The notes beneath the pieces are model-generated. The model worked only from the letters and a program-made list of their open reading frames with translations, was not told the origin of the DNA and ran no database searches. A stretch of 64,000 nt of DNA from a bacterium (lineage in GTDB: Bacteria; Patescibacteriota; Saccharimonadia; Saccharimonadales; AWTP1-31): assembly GCA_030426125.1 (NCBI GenBank), contig JAUHZB010000001.1, positions 26,462 through 90,461 of the forward strand, written 5' to 3'. Below, piece after piece: positions 1-10,157 of this stretch. The first letter of the stretch is position 1. Each line of letters starts with the position of its first letter. Both the position numbers and the translations under genes were made by a program.

Positions 1-367
1 AGAGCTCATAGAACTTAGTAGCTAACTCCAAGCAATCCAGCATTTTCTGTTTTTCTTTACTGCCACTGCCAGATTTTGAAGTTTTGTATTTGGATAAATC
101 TATTCCGGCCTGTCGGGCTAGTATCTCCAGAGTTGCCACAAAATCCAGCCCCTCAATTTCCATAACAAAACTAAACATGTCACCACCCTTGCCACTACTA
201 AAGTCATGCCAAATTTGTTTTTCGGGGCTGATCATTAAACTAGGCGTTTTTTCCTGACTAAATGGGCTTAGTGCTTTAAAGTTCCTTCCAGAACGTTTTA
301 GCTCTAGATATTGACTGACAACATCTTCAATACTCAGCCTAGCTTTAATATCGGCAACTGCATCCAT
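1..367 (-). CDS. dnaG: DNA primase, N-terminal part (runs off window start)
   Basis: Manual translation of the minus strand from ATG at 367: MDAVADIKARLSIEDVVSQYLELKRSGRNFKALSPFSQEKTPSLMISPEKQIWHDFSSGKGGDMFSFVMEIEGLDF, the DnaG N-terminal domain pattern. Not in the ORF track. Confidence 0.93.
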   Translation of the reverse strand, partial: MDAVADIKARLSIEDVVSQYLELKRSGRNFKALSPFSQEKTPSLMISPEKQIWHDFSSGKGGDMFSFVMEIEGLDFVATLEILARQAGIDLSKYKTSKSGSGSKEKQKMLDCLELATKFYEL

Positions 368-474
368 AGTATTAGTTTATATCTATAACTATAAAGTCGA
401 AAGCATAACAGATTAGCCAAGCTACAATAACTAAACTATAAATTTAGTAAGAAACCCGATTAACTGATAAAATA

Positions 475-1146
475 ATGCTTATGCAACCCAATCAAAATCC
501 GCCGTCGCCACCACCGACGCCACCCCTCCAACCAATGCCTCAGCCCTCGCCTACTCCAGAGCAGAATCCTTATGGTTTCATTATGGACGATAAGCCGACA
601 CAGAAACAAAGTCCTTTCAAGCTACCTGGTGGCGGATCCAAAGCTTCCAAGATAGCTATCTTGGTTGGTGGACTGTTTTTCCTGCTAATTATTGGCTGGA
701 TGTTGTTATCGCTTATTGGTGGCGGTTCTAAGGCTCAAACTGAAAAACTTCTAGACATAGCTCAACAACAAACCGAAATAATCCGAGTTGCTAAAATTGC
801 CGATAATTCCAAAGCCATTCGTCAAACTTCAACTAGAAACCTAGCTGTAAGTACCGCTCAGATAGTAGAGTCTGACAATAAACAAATTATTCAAGTAATG
901 GCTAACAACAAGGCTCAGCCCAAAGCTAAAGAGTTAAATGCTACTGCCGATAAAAAAACTGATGCTTTATTAGAATCAGCAACCAGCAACAACACTTTCG
1001 ATGAAAGCTTTGACCAAATATTTACTACACTACTAGTAAACTACCAAAAGACTGTAAAAGACGCCTATGACAGTAGTAGTAGCCAGAGTGAAAAACAGGC
1101 ACTGGAAGTTTCGTTTAATAACATAGCTATCTTAATAAAAGAATAG
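475..1146 (+). CDS. Hypothetical bitopic membrane protein (Pro-rich N-terminus, one TM, helical C-terminal domain)
   Basis: 223 aa ORF; hydrophobic stretch IAILVGGLFFLLIIGWMLLSLI. Real start probably ATG 481 (TAAAAT 7 nt upstream). Confidence 0.75.
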   Translation: MLMQPNQNPPSPPPTPPLQPMPQPSPTPEQNPYGFIMDDKPTQKQSPFKLPGGGSKASKIAILVGGLFFLLIIGWMLLSLIGGGSKAQTEKLLDIAQQQTEIIRVAKIADNSKAIRQTSTRNLAVSTAQIVESDNKQIIQVMANNKAQPKAKELNATADKKTDALLESATSNNTFDESFDQIFTTLLVNYQKTVKDAYDSSSSQSEKQALEVSFNNIAILIKE

Positions 1147-1223
1147 CCGTAAACAGTTTTTAGTTATATTATTACAGCATTAATTACTAAGATTCATATT
1201 AGCTTAGGCTGGAGATCATTAAT

Positions 1224-2348
1224 TTGGACAAACAACAAAACCTCAATCCAAACATAAACTTTGACAAATTAAATGAATTGGAGCGCAGACCAAACGCAAA
1301 AGTTCTAATAGCAGTTGCTCTTAGTATATTTACAATTTTTCTATTCTCCCCTATTGCAGGGGTTTCTGCTAATAGTGCAGCGATCTGGGTATCACTACAA
1401 CTACTGTCCTTGTTCAGTATATTTGCGGTTTGGCTAATTATTACCATTAATAAACGTAAATTCAATAAACAACGCTCCGTAATTTTTCAATCATTTGCTA
1501 AAGACAATAATTTTAGCTATCTAGAAACAAAAGAACTAACAAGGAGTAGTAGTGGCACCATTTTTCGTATTGGCAGCAATAAGAAAAAACAGCATATAAT
1601 TGACGGTACTTTTAGCAATCTACCATTTAGCACTTATCAGTACAGTTATGTCGTGGGTAGTGGTAAGTCAAGGCGTAAAATAGACCTTCAAGTTTTTGAG
1701 TTAACACTACCCCGCCTAATGCCACATATGGTAATAGACTCCTTGATAGAGCAAGGCAACAACAGAGGATCTACTCTACCAATTAGCTTTGACTCATCCC
1801 AAAAAATAACGCTTGAAGGAGACTTCCATAAGTATTTTGCCCTCTATGCACCAGATAAATACGCCGTTTCTGCCCTAACGATATTAGCACCTGATGCCAT
1901 GGAGGCCCTTATGCAATTTGCTACTATGTGCGATATTGAAATTATTGATAACAAAATATACTTCTATTGGCCAGAAACAGTAAACAAGCGAGATGAATAT
2001 CAAAATATGTTCAATACTGTAGGGTCAGTCATGTTAGAGATACAAAAGAAATTAACCACAGCTGATATCTTCTCCCAAAAATCACAGGTTGAACTTCATG
2101 CTACCACGGCTCAACGTGGCATAAGATTAAAGCAAAATAAATGGGGATCAATAATTTTAATAGGAATTATACTTACTATCTTCGTCACTAACTTCACTAG
2201 CAGTTATACCGACAATACAGCGTTTGACGTAATCTACCTATTTGGATTTGCAGGAATATTTATTTTTTTGGTAATCAAACACTCTTTCAGCCAACGACGA
2301 AAAAGTCGCCTAAAACGTGAACTTAGTAGGCGCAGTTTCGGAGGCTAA
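1224..2348 (+). CDS. Hypothetical membrane protein (2 TM + soluble domain + 2 TM)
   Basis: 374 aa ORF with TTG start preceded by GGAG; paired hydrophobic segments at both ends. Confidence 0.75.
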   Translation: MDKQQNLNPNINFDKLNELERRPNAKVLIAVALSIFTIFLFSPIAGVSANSAAIWVSLQLLSLFSIFAVWLIITINKRKFNKQRSVIFQSFAKDNNFSYLETKELTRSSSGTIFRIGSNKKKQHIIDGTFSNLPFSTYQYSYVVGSGKSRRKIDLQVFELTLPRLMPHMVIDSLIEQGNNRGSTLPISFDSSQKITLEGDFHKYFALYAPDKYAVSALTILAPDAMEALMQFATMCDIEIIDNKIYFYWPETVNKRDEYQNMFNTVGSVMLEIQKKLTTADIFSQKSQVELHATTAQRGIRLKQNKWGSIILIGIILTIFVTNFTSSYTDNTAFDVIYLFGFAGIFIFLVIKHSFSQRRKSRLKRELSRRSFGG

Positions 2349-2383
2349 TAATAGCCGTATTTAGAATTTACATATTATATAGA

Positions 2384-4240
2384 TTAACTTTCAGAAGCCC
2401 TGCTTTTAACAATGGCCAAGCCGCCTGCCAATACACACACTGCTAGTAGTAGCAGTTGAAGCAAGCGAATTTCCGAACCAGTATCCGCTAACCTGCTACT
2501 AGATTGTAGTAGTTGCGTATCAGATTCTGTTGAGCTATCCGAATCACCGAGCACAGCAGTAGTAAATTGCCAAGTATTAGGTGAACTTATGCCAGCAAAA
2601 TATATACCATTATTGGCTCGAATAGCACTTGAGTCTATAAGGACATAATAAGTAGTGCCAGCCTGTAGACTAACATTCCTGCCTATTGTTAGAGTTGTGG
2701 TGCCGTTGCCGAGAATCGAGCCACCGGCTACGTCTATGGCCTCAACCAACTGGTTGTCACTGGCTCTATAAATATTAATATAGCCGCTTGAAGCACCAGA
2801 GGGAGTGTTAAAATTCATAACAAGATCATCATCTACAGCAATATTGCTGGCATTACTGCTAGGTGAAATACTCAAGATAAGTGGGGTTAATTTTTGTGAT
2901 GTTAGGAACGGATAGCCATCATTGGTAACACCGTCAATCTTCCAATCGTCATCATTTGCTGCGTCATCATTCGGCGTCCCTTCGAAGTCCCAAGCGCTAG
3001 AAAGACCAGTAGTTGCGGTGTTGGTAAAAGTTGCCAAACTTTTCATTTCAGCAGTCGTTTTACCGGTTGCAACAATTAAGTCCGAGCCAGCTAAAGACTG
3101 ACTACTGGTCTGGGTATCATAGAAGTTATTCAAACAACTAGTGCAAGCATCAGCGTCATAAATAAAGCCTCCGTTTGTTTGACCATCTACTGAACCTGTC
3201 GAATATGAATTTGTAACTGTACCCTGTTCCATAGAATTCATAAATGAACCACCAAACCCGGCTACACTAGGAGTAACATCACCTCTTGAATAGCTATCCC
3301 TAATAGTAAAACTACATGTTGGGCCGCGACCAACAAAACCACCTAAAGTTGTGTGGCCACTAACATCGCCAGTAGCAAAAGAGTTTTCTATTACGCCGTT
3401 GCAAAGTTGACCAGCAAATCCACCGGCAATATACTCTGTTCCACTATCGTCTTTGTCTCCAACAACATTGCCTGTTGCCGAAACATTAGTAAAAGTACCG
3501 TAGTTAATTTGTCCTACAAAACCACCTACAGCAGTGGTGCCAGTTACCAAACCACTACTAGATGAATCAGTTACTGTCACGGTATTATCAGCAAATTGTA
3601 AATAACCAAACGCTCCCCCCGTATTGCTGCCATCACCCTCTACTACCACATCGGCATGCACATCAGCGATGTCCTCGCTGTTGTTTAGTGATCCGCCAAT
3701 ACCCCCGCAATCACCGTTGGTACAGGTAACTGTTCCAGATACATCAATATTACTCAGAGCAATAGTACTACTACTATACCCAATAACACTACCAGTAAAT
3801 ACAGCGCCAGAAATGGAAACATCAATCATACTAAAATTACTAAGTTCAATGTTCTGGTAACCATAGCCTATTATACCGTTATAATTCTCGGCTGGCCTGT
3901 TAATAGTAAAGTCTGATATAACATATCCATTTCCTTCTAATGTACCGGAAAACCGGTTGCTGGAATCATAGCCAATAGGGTCAAAACCAGCACCACTATT
4001 CCAGCTAGATGAAACACTACAATCAATATCTGACACTAATTCATACGAGGCCGTTAAGTCCAATTCCATGTCTTGTAAATCAGCGCAGCTACTTATTTCG
4101 TAAGGATCTCCTGGCGACCCATCGCCACCATCAAAAGCTACAGCCGATCTGGTGTCAACTAGCAGCAAAACGGACAGCATCAATACTACACCAACTACTA
4201 ACGTAATCAGCCCGTTAAAAAGTTTTTCTGTTTCCTGCAA
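2384..4240 (-). CDS. Secreted surface protein: GLUG-type beta-helix repeats + Ig-like (Big_5/SbsA-like) domain + C-terminal LADTG sorting signal
   Basis: Signal peptide; GDGSPGDPYEISSCADLQ start typical of GLUG proteins; repeated GGFVG/ATGDVSG motifs; SISPSSNASNIAVDDDLVMNFN Ig-like start; LADTG + TM + basic tail. Confidence 0.8.
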   Translation of the reverse strand: MQETEKLFNGLITLVVGVVLMLSVLLLVDTRSAVAFDGGDGSPGDPYEISSCADLQDMELDLTASYELVSDIDCSVSSSWNSGAGFDPIGYDSSNRFSGTLEGNGYVISDFTINRPAENYNGIIGYGYQNIELSNFSMIDVSISGAVFTGSVIGYSSSTIALSNIDVSGTVTCTNGDCGGIGGSLNNSEDIADVHADVVVEGDGSNTGGAFGYLQFADNTVTVTDSSSSGLVTGTTAVGGFVGQINYGTFTNVSATGNVVGDKDDSGTEYIAGGFAGQLCNGVIENSFATGDVSGHTTLGGFVGRGPTCSFTIRDSYSRGDVTPSVAGFGGSFMNSMEQGTVTNSYSTGSVDGQTNGGFIYDADACTSCLNNFYDTQTSSQSLAGSDLIVATGKTTAEMKSLATFTNTATTGLSSAWDFEGTPNDDAANDDDWKIDGVTNDGYPFLTSQKLTPLILSISPSSNASNIAVDDDLVMNFNTPSGASSGYINIYRASDNQLVEAIDVAGGSILGNGTTTLTIGRNVSLQAGTTYYVLIDSSAIRANNGIYFAGISSPNTWQFTTAVLGDSDSSTESDTQLLQSSSRLADTGSEIRLLQLLLLAVCVLAGGLAIVKSRASES

Positions 4241-4304
4241 AGCTACCTCGCATTAAAATACTTTAACTAAAGTATAATGCTTTAGTTAATAATTACAAAA
4301 TATG

Positions 4305-4646
4305 CTATTGCTTACTGGTCTTGGTAACTAAATCATAAGATAATCTAATAAAGCCCTGAATCTCTTCCCACTCTATTTCCCCGCTGAGTACTATAGTGTT
4401 CCAGTGTTTCTTATTCAGGTGGTATCCGGGCATCACTGATACATACTTTTCTCGCAGTACCTCAGCTAGCTGGGGGTCACACTTTAGACTAATCCTAACT
4501 GGATCTGAGCCTTCAGCGATTATTGCAAACATTTTTTCATCACTACCAACTTTAACTTTGTAGACTGCCGCTTCAGGACCAAAAGGATAATCTAATCTAG
4601 TATCTCCTAGGCTTAATAAATATTTCTCTACTTCCTTATGTTTCAT
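4305..4646 (-). CDS. MmcQ/YjbR family DNA-binding protein
   Basis: YPFGPE...KMFA...LKCDP...PGYHLNKKHWNTI...SYDLV motifs. Confidence 0.92.
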   Translation of the reverse strand: MKHKEVEKYLLSLGDTRLDYPFGPEAAVYKVKVGSDEKMFAIIAEGSDPVRISLKCDPQLAEVLREKYVSVMPGYHLNKKHWNTIVLSGEIEWEEIQGFIRLSYDLVTKTSKQ

Positions 4647-4687
4647 AATCTATTTACGTTTTTTGTTATTTATCTAATTAATTACTA

Positions 4688-5239
4688 CTATTTATTCTTC
4701 AATGAACCCAAGTAATACTTAAGTTCATCAATAGAAGCTAGAATATCTTCCATTGCCCGGTGATTATCCTGCTTAACAAACTCTTCGTTGTATTTAGCCT
4801 GCATGAGTATTTTAAAGCTACTAACATCCAGCATTCGGTAATGAAGTAATTCATCTACTTCTGGCCACCACTGCTTAATAAACAAGCGATCATTATATAT
4901 TGAGTTTCCAGCTAAAATAGCCATCTCACCACTAATATTTTTGTTTATTAACTCAACAACATCTTCAATAACTTGTTTTTCTGTTTTATCGCTACTACGA
5001 ATCTTGGCAGTCAAACCACTGGCAGAGTGCTGTGAAGCTGCCCAAGGATTCATAGACTTTATTACTTCTTCAGATTGACTTATAACTGCCTCATATTTGT
5101 CTAATACTTTAAAGTCAAAGTCGGTCACAATAATTGCAACCTCTACAATACGATCTGTTTTTGCTTCTAGACCAGTCATTTCTAGATCCACCCAGAGTAG
5201 CCTAGTAGGCTTAATGTTCTTATCTAATTGTTTTGTCAT
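4688..5239 (-). CDS. orn: Oligoribonuclease (DEDDh)
   Basis: LWVDLEMTGL, LAGNSI..DR.FI, HYRMLDVSS, HRAMEDI..SI.EL.YY. Confidence 0.95.
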   Translation of the reverse strand: MTKQLDKNIKPTRLLWVDLEMTGLEAKTDRIVEVAIIVTDFDFKVLDKYEAVISQSEEVIKSMNPWAASQHSASGLTAKIRSSDKTEKQVIEDVVELINKNISGEMAILAGNSIYNDRLFIKQWWPEVDELLHYRMLDVSSFKILMQAKYNEEFVKQDNHRAMEDILASIDELKYYLGSLKNK

Positions 5240-5276
5240 GATTTAATTGTACAGGAACGTCTCAGCACAGAAAGTC

Positions 5277-6740
5277 TTATAGCTTCCCTTCTAGGGATTG
5301 TCTGGCTTGTTCAGTCAATACTTCAACCCGACTAGTGATTATAAAACTATCGCCTGGGTCTAGAGCACTAAGCTTTTCAACGCTCATATTATTATCTTCA
5401 GCAATAGCTTCAACTATCTTTAGTACTTCTGCATTTACCTCTTGACTGGCGTCAGCCCGTGCTCCGTGCTCGCCAACCAAACGATCTTGAATATCGTTCC
5501 ACGGACGATAACCTACTCCAACTTCGACCTTCTCAAATGTTGCAGCCTGTTCGCTAACCTGAGGCTCAATGTTTACTATTGCTTCTTGGTCATATATAGC
5601 CGGAGCTTGCTGACTTTCATCTACCCGCTCTTGTTCGGTTGTAGTCGTAGACTCAACAGCCACTTCGTCTTGATCCAAAAACTGATAAACCGTTGTTGGA
5701 GTATTATCTGAATTGTAGCTTGAGCTAGGCGAATCAAGCTCATAACTATTTGCGTCTGGTGTAGTGTCTACTGAACTAGAATCTTCATTACTAGCTCCCA
5801 ATAAGCCGAAACCAAGGGCAACAACACTAATTCCAGCCACCGCAACCGCCCCAACTTTGGCAAATCTTGATCTTAACCAACTACGACTTTTCTTTTCTAG
5901 CCGAGCGTTCGGGCTATGGTTCATAAATGCATCAACCTGCCTATCAAGCTCTGGGTCTTCTGTGGTAAGCGAAGCTGCGTCAGCTTCACTAATCGTCTTG
6001 GAGGCACTGGCCATCTGACCAATGCTAGTGTCAGCCGGTTGCTCATCAGCTAATTGTTGGTCTGCTAATTGGCTGTCGCGACGATCAACTATTTCGGTTA
6101 CCCTATCCCAATAATCTCCATTTTTTACAGCCAGTCTGGTTCGCTCAGTCATAACCCCACTCAGCAATATTTGGTTTGGCACAGAGAATAATCCAGCCTG
6201 TTTCCTGACACTATTAAATACATTAACTGGCTGTCCACCTTCGAAGCCCTCGCCGCGTAAACCCTGGTCAATGGCTAGAACTGTCCTTAGTTGGCCTCCC
6301 TCACCTTCATTTTGAACTTCAGCAAGCTTAACAGCATAATAGATACAATCTTCCTTATATGCAGCTTCTTGCCTTCTATCTAAGTCGCTCATGTCAGCTT
6401 TATCAGTACCGTAACTTCCAATAAGATTGTTTATAGAGCGATTTAGTTTATCGAATATTAAAGATTCGCTACCATTAATCGTTTCAGCTGTTTGCCTAAC
6501 CTGATAGGCATTATCTACTGATTGCTGTTCGCTAGTTGGATCGTTGGAGCCAATACTGGCCGGTTCGAGACTAAAAGGCCCTTGCCCGACACCGAAATGC
6601 TGATAGTCATATACTGGATTGTGCGGAGCACCTCCAAACACCTTAGACGCCGCCCTACCAATAAATTGTTTTACTCTTTCAAATCTTCCAAGCTCTGGAG
6701 AGCTGACTGGTAACTGTTCTGGTGTATTTCTCTGGGTCAT
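5277..6740 (-). CDS. Hypothetical acidic protein with one central TM segment
   Basis: 487 aa ORF; TM VGAVAVAGISVVALGFGLLGA; no recognised family. Confidence 0.7.
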   Translation of the reverse strand: MTQRNTPEQLPVSSPELGRFERVKQFIGRAASKVFGGAPHNPVYDYQHFGVGQGPFSLEPASIGSNDPTSEQQSVDNAYQVRQTAETINGSESLIFDKLNRSINNLIGSYGTDKADMSDLDRRQEAAYKEDCIYYAVKLAEVQNEGEGGQLRTVLAIDQGLRGEGFEGGQPVNVFNSVRKQAGLFSVPNQILLSGVMTERTRLAVKNGDYWDRVTEIVDRRDSQLADQQLADEQPADTSIGQMASASKTISEADAASLTTEDPELDRQVDAFMNHSPNARLEKKSRSWLRSRFAKVGAVAVAGISVVALGFGLLGASNEDSSSVDTTPDANSYELDSPSSSYNSDNTPTTVYQFLDQDEVAVESTTTTEQERVDESQQAPAIYDQEAIVNIEPQVSEQAATFEKVEVGVGYRPWNDIQDRLVGEHGARADASQEVNAEVLKIVEAIAEDNNMSVEKLSALDPGDSFIITSRVEVLTEQARQSLEGKL

Positions 6741-6820
6741 AACTTCCTCTATAAATATAGCTATACCATACTATATAAGTGTATATTTAACAATAAGATG
6801 GCCAGAGATAAAGTTATTAG

Positions 6821-8236
6821 CTAAAACTGTTGTTTGGTATTATTCGCCTTACGGCGCAATACAGCAATAATCGTTAGGCTAGTTATTAGCACCCAGAAGA
6901 ATAAATATTGCTCATTAGAACCGGTATCTGCCAACTCGGCCGATGCTCCTTGCGCCAAATTCACATTAACCGTACCACTAGAACAAAGCTGACTGCTACT
7001 CAATGAACAAACTTGGTAGTTAAAGCTATCTTGATTATTATCGGCATGTACCACCGGGAAAAAGACACGCGATAATCTACTAAGCAAACTTACACTCGAT
7101 TCACTACTCTGCTGATAACTAACTATACCGTTGTCATCCACAGAAACTGTTCCCTGACTTGGATTGGTTGTCACCGATACTGAACTACTATCAACCCCAT
7201 CATAGGAATCTGTATACAGGGCTGGAATATCTATGCTAGCCGAACCATCACTATTTACCGAGATCTCTGGATTGGGTTGAGTGGAGGTTGGCGCAATAGT
7301 TAAAGGCCGGTACACTCCCCAATAATCAACGGTATTTTCGTCCTCAATCAGTAAACTCGGGCTACTGCCATCAATATCCATTATGTAAATATCAAAGTCA
7401 CCGCCGATATTCGACGAATAAATTATCTTTTGTCCATCCGGGGTAACGCTGGGCATTATAAAAGTATTTCCAGAATCACTAGTCAGACTAGTTTCATTGT
7501 CTCCATTTGCATCAATAACGTATATTGCATGATTACTACCAGTTCGTTTGGTATAAACTATCCTCTCTCCGTCTGGAGTCCATGACGGATGATAATCATG
7601 CGAACTATCATCTGTTAGTTTAGTGGGATTTTGACCATCAATATCCATGACATAGATTTCATTGTCTCCATCGGAGTCATTACGATATACAATTTTGGTA
7701 CCATCTGGAGAAATACGAGGAGCGGTATCATTATCTTCGCTGTCAGTTAAGTTTGTAGTAATCCCTTCACTAATATTGTGAATATAGATATCCCAATCCC
7801 CATCTGCTACCGACTGATAAACCAGACTATTACCGTCTGGAGTCCAATCCGGAAATTCATCGTCATCACCATTGTCTTGATCGATGGCTATCTGGTTACT
7901 GCCATCGGCATCCATATACCATATATCCTGCGCTCCTCCACCAGTCTCGGTTCTTTCAAAAGCAATTTTTCTACCATCTGCAGACCATGATGCATTAGTG
8001 TCCGATTGACTTCCATCAGTTATAGGTACAGCTGGATTTGAACCTAATTTGCTATAAATTGTGTAGTTAGCTATATCCCCACCTTGCTTTGAGTACAGTA
8101 AATTACCATTTACACCGGGATAAGTACTGGCCTTCACCGGACTATTAACCCTCAGTACTAATAACGATAAAACTACTCCAAGCATCAACGCTATAGTTAA
8201 AGTTAATGCTGAAATGTTCTTACATCTATAAACCAT
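6821..8236 (-). CDS. Secreted TolB-like (PD40) beta-propeller + Ig-like domain + LADTG sorting signal
   Basis: Repeats WSADGRKIAF, WTPDGNSLVY, ISPDGTKIVY, WTPDGERIVY, VTPDGQKIIY; C-terminal ELADTG + TM + RRK. Confidence 0.85.
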   Translation of the reverse strand: MVYRCKNISALTLTIALMLGVVLSLLVLRVNSPVKASTYPGVNGNLLYSKQGGDIANYTIYSKLGSNPAVPITDGSQSDTNASWSADGRKIAFERTETGGGAQDIWYMDADGSNQIAIDQDNGDDDEFPDWTPDGNSLVYQSVADGDWDIYIHNISEGITTNLTDSEDNDTAPRISPDGTKIVYRNDSDGDNEIYVMDIDGQNPTKLTDDSSHDYHPSWTPDGERIVYTKRTGSNHAIYVIDANGDNETSLTSDSGNTFIMPSVTPDGQKIIYSSNIGGDFDIYIMDIDGSSPSLLIEDENTVDYWGVYRPLTIAPTSTQPNPEISVNSDGSASIDIPALYTDSYDGVDSSSVSVTTNPSQGTVSVDDNGIVSYQQSSESSVSLLSRLSRVFFPVVHADNNQDSFNYQVCSLSSSQLCSSGTVNVNLAQGASAELADTGSNEQYLFFWVLITSLTIIAVLRRKANNTKQQF

Positions 8237-8299
8237 AATTACCCAAAGCTATTCTTACTAGATAGTATAGATGCATAAGCTTTATCAGTAAACAGTAGA

Positions 8300-8890
8300 T
8301 TATTGCCTAGCGTTACATAGAGCCCTGGAATACCAAACTAGCTCTTCAACTCTAGGAACAATCGCTTTATGAGGCCCTTTTTCTTGGCTAGTTATCCTAT
8401 CAGCAAGATTACCCTGTTCATCAATATCTTCGGCCACCCGACCGGTGTAAGTCAGTGGGTCTGGTAGACTAACAGCTTTAAGACCACCAATAACACTTCT
8501 TAGCACCACTACAGCTTGGGTCCCACCAGTACTTCCGTGTGACGCTAATAATACTGGCTTTCGCCTCATCTGGTAATCTACCAAATCCAGTGCGTTCTTT
8601 AATACCCCAGGTATAGAGCGGTTATATTCTGGGCTAACCACCACAAAGCCATCAGCTCGCCCTAAGTCTTCCAACCAGCGTTTAGTGTTTTCACCCAACT
8701 GTCTTTCTGGGTTAGCTTGTGGTGGTAACTCTTCATCGAATAGTGGTAAGTTATACTCCGCTAAATCAATAATTTCGGCCTTAACATCTGTGATTTCTTC
8801 TATTTGTTTAGCAATCCATTTAGCTAGGCGCGGTGTTACCCTGGTTTTTCGGTTACTTCCAATAATGACCGCTATATTAATTGTGTTCAT
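8300..8890 (-). CDS. NADPH-dependent FMN reductase
   Basis: IIGSNRKTR, ADGFVVVSPEYNRSIPGVLKNALD motifs. Confidence 0.92.
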   Translation of the reverse strand: MNTINIAVIIGSNRKTRVTPRLAKWIAKQIEEITDVKAEIIDLAEYNLPLFDEELPPQANPERQLGENTKRWLEDLGRADGFVVVSPEYNRSIPGVLKNALDLVDYQMRRKPVLLASHGSTGGTQAVVVLRSVIGGLKAVSLPDPLTYTGRVAEDIDEQGNLADRITSQEKGPHKAIVPRVEELVWYSRALCNARQ

Positions 8891-8894
8891 TTAT

Positions 8895-9326
8895 TTACTT
8901 TCCTCCCTTTCCTGGTTGTTGTTGAGTAGGTTTAAAGTCCAAACTAACAGAATTAATGCAATAATGCTTACCGGTAGGTGAATCATCGGCATCGAATACG
9001 TGACCTAAATGACCTCCACAATTCGAACAAACAACTTCAGTTCGCTTCATCATTAATTTATTATCTTCGACAAACTTAACAGCTCCGTCTTTGGCAACTT
9101 CACCGAAACTTGGCCAACCAATAAGGCCTGGTGTTTTAGAATCATACTTACTATCGCTACTAAACAGTTCAGCACCACAGGCTCCACAGACATACATACC
9201 CTTATCGTTAGTGTCTAGGTATTTACCTGAAAAGGGAGCCTCGGTTCCCTTCTCAACCAGTACCTTATACTGTTCCTCGCTTAGTTTGTTTTTGTAGTCT
9301 TTATTTATCATGGGCGCATTAGTCAA
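8895..9326 (-). CDS. msrB: Peptide-methionine (R)-S-oxide reductase
   Basis: GTEAPFSG, CGAC, GWPSF, RTEVVCSNCGGHLGHVF, YCINS. Confidence 0.96.
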   Translation of the reverse strand: MTNAPMINKDYKNKLSEEQYKVLVEKGTEAPFSGKYLDTNDKGMYVCGACGAELFSSDSKYDSKTPGLIGWPSFGEVAKDGAVKFVEDNKLMMKRTEVVCSNCGGHLGHVFDADDSPTGKHYCINSVSLDFKPTQQQPGKGGK

Positions 9327-9327
9327 T

Positions 9328-9654
9328 TTACTTCTTTTCTTTGGTGTCTATCTTGAGTAGCTTAACTGCATAAAATACGACGGCAGCTACACCCAGTAAA
9401 GTTATAAGTGCTGAAAATATTAAGCCCCAACCAATCACTAGTTGTCTATCGGCAAGATCGATCACTGTCCAACTAGCCGACTCTAGCCCACTAGTATCAC
9501 CAACAATAAAAGCAACGATCGGATTAATTAAACCCTCAACTATAGCTGACACAGTATTTCCAACTTGAACACCAATCGCTAGTCCAACCGCCAAGCCAAT
9601 AACGCCTTTGTCTTTAATAAACTGCAGAAAATCTTTGAGTTGTTTATTCACCAT
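9328..9654 (-). CDS. mscL: Large-conductance mechanosensitive channel (short form)
   Basis: LKDFLQFI..KGVIGLAVGLAIG...VSAIV..LINP pattern; 2 TM. Confidence 0.85.
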   Translation of the reverse strand: MVNKQLKDFLQFIKDKGVIGLAVGLAIGVQVGNTVSAIVEGLINPIVAFIVGDTSGLESASWTVIDLADRQLVIGWGLIFSALITLLGVAAVVFYAVKLLKIDTKEKK

Positions 9655-9683
9655 TACTCCTTATTAGTTAGCTAATATCTTGA

Positions 9684-10088
9684 TTAAAAAAACTTTGTAT
9701 ATGTTAGGTAGGTTAACCCAGCAACTGCAGCACTAAGGACTGTACCCCAAACTAAATCAATAGCCACGATCTTCAGTGGGAAGTGTTTTAGGGTTGCATA
9801 ATTGGTTAAATCGTAGGTGGCGTAGGTCACTAATCCAAACAAAGCACCAGCTAATAGTAAATTATTCATGGCTCCAGATTTAAGTGTTGGCGCAATTACA
9901 AAGTAAATTAACCCACCAACAAAAATAAGATAAAAGATCACCGCAGCCAACCATTTTACCTCGTTTGTCATAACGCTTTTTAATTCACTAGCATATAGAT
10001 TTTTGGCAATAACTCCTAGCCAAAGTGCGTCAAATAATATAAACCAACCAAACGTTATACCGTATAGTGCTAAGTAATTAAGCTCCAT
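9684..10088 (-). CDS. DUF2177 family membrane protein
   Basis: DALWLG...GALFGLVTYATYDLTNYATL...DLVWG motifs. Confidence 0.88.
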   Translation of the reverse strand: MELNYLALYGITFGWFILFDALWLGVIAKNLYASELKSVMTNEVKWLAAVIFYLIFVGGLIYFVIAPTLKSGAMNNLLLAGALFGLVTYATYDLTNYATLKHFPLKIVAIDLVWGTVLSAAVAGLTYLTYTKFF

Positions 10089-10157
10089 GTCCGCCCCCTT
10101 TACACTTTAATTTACCTGTCTCCCCTATTTTACCATCTTACCTAGTATTATTTGGTT

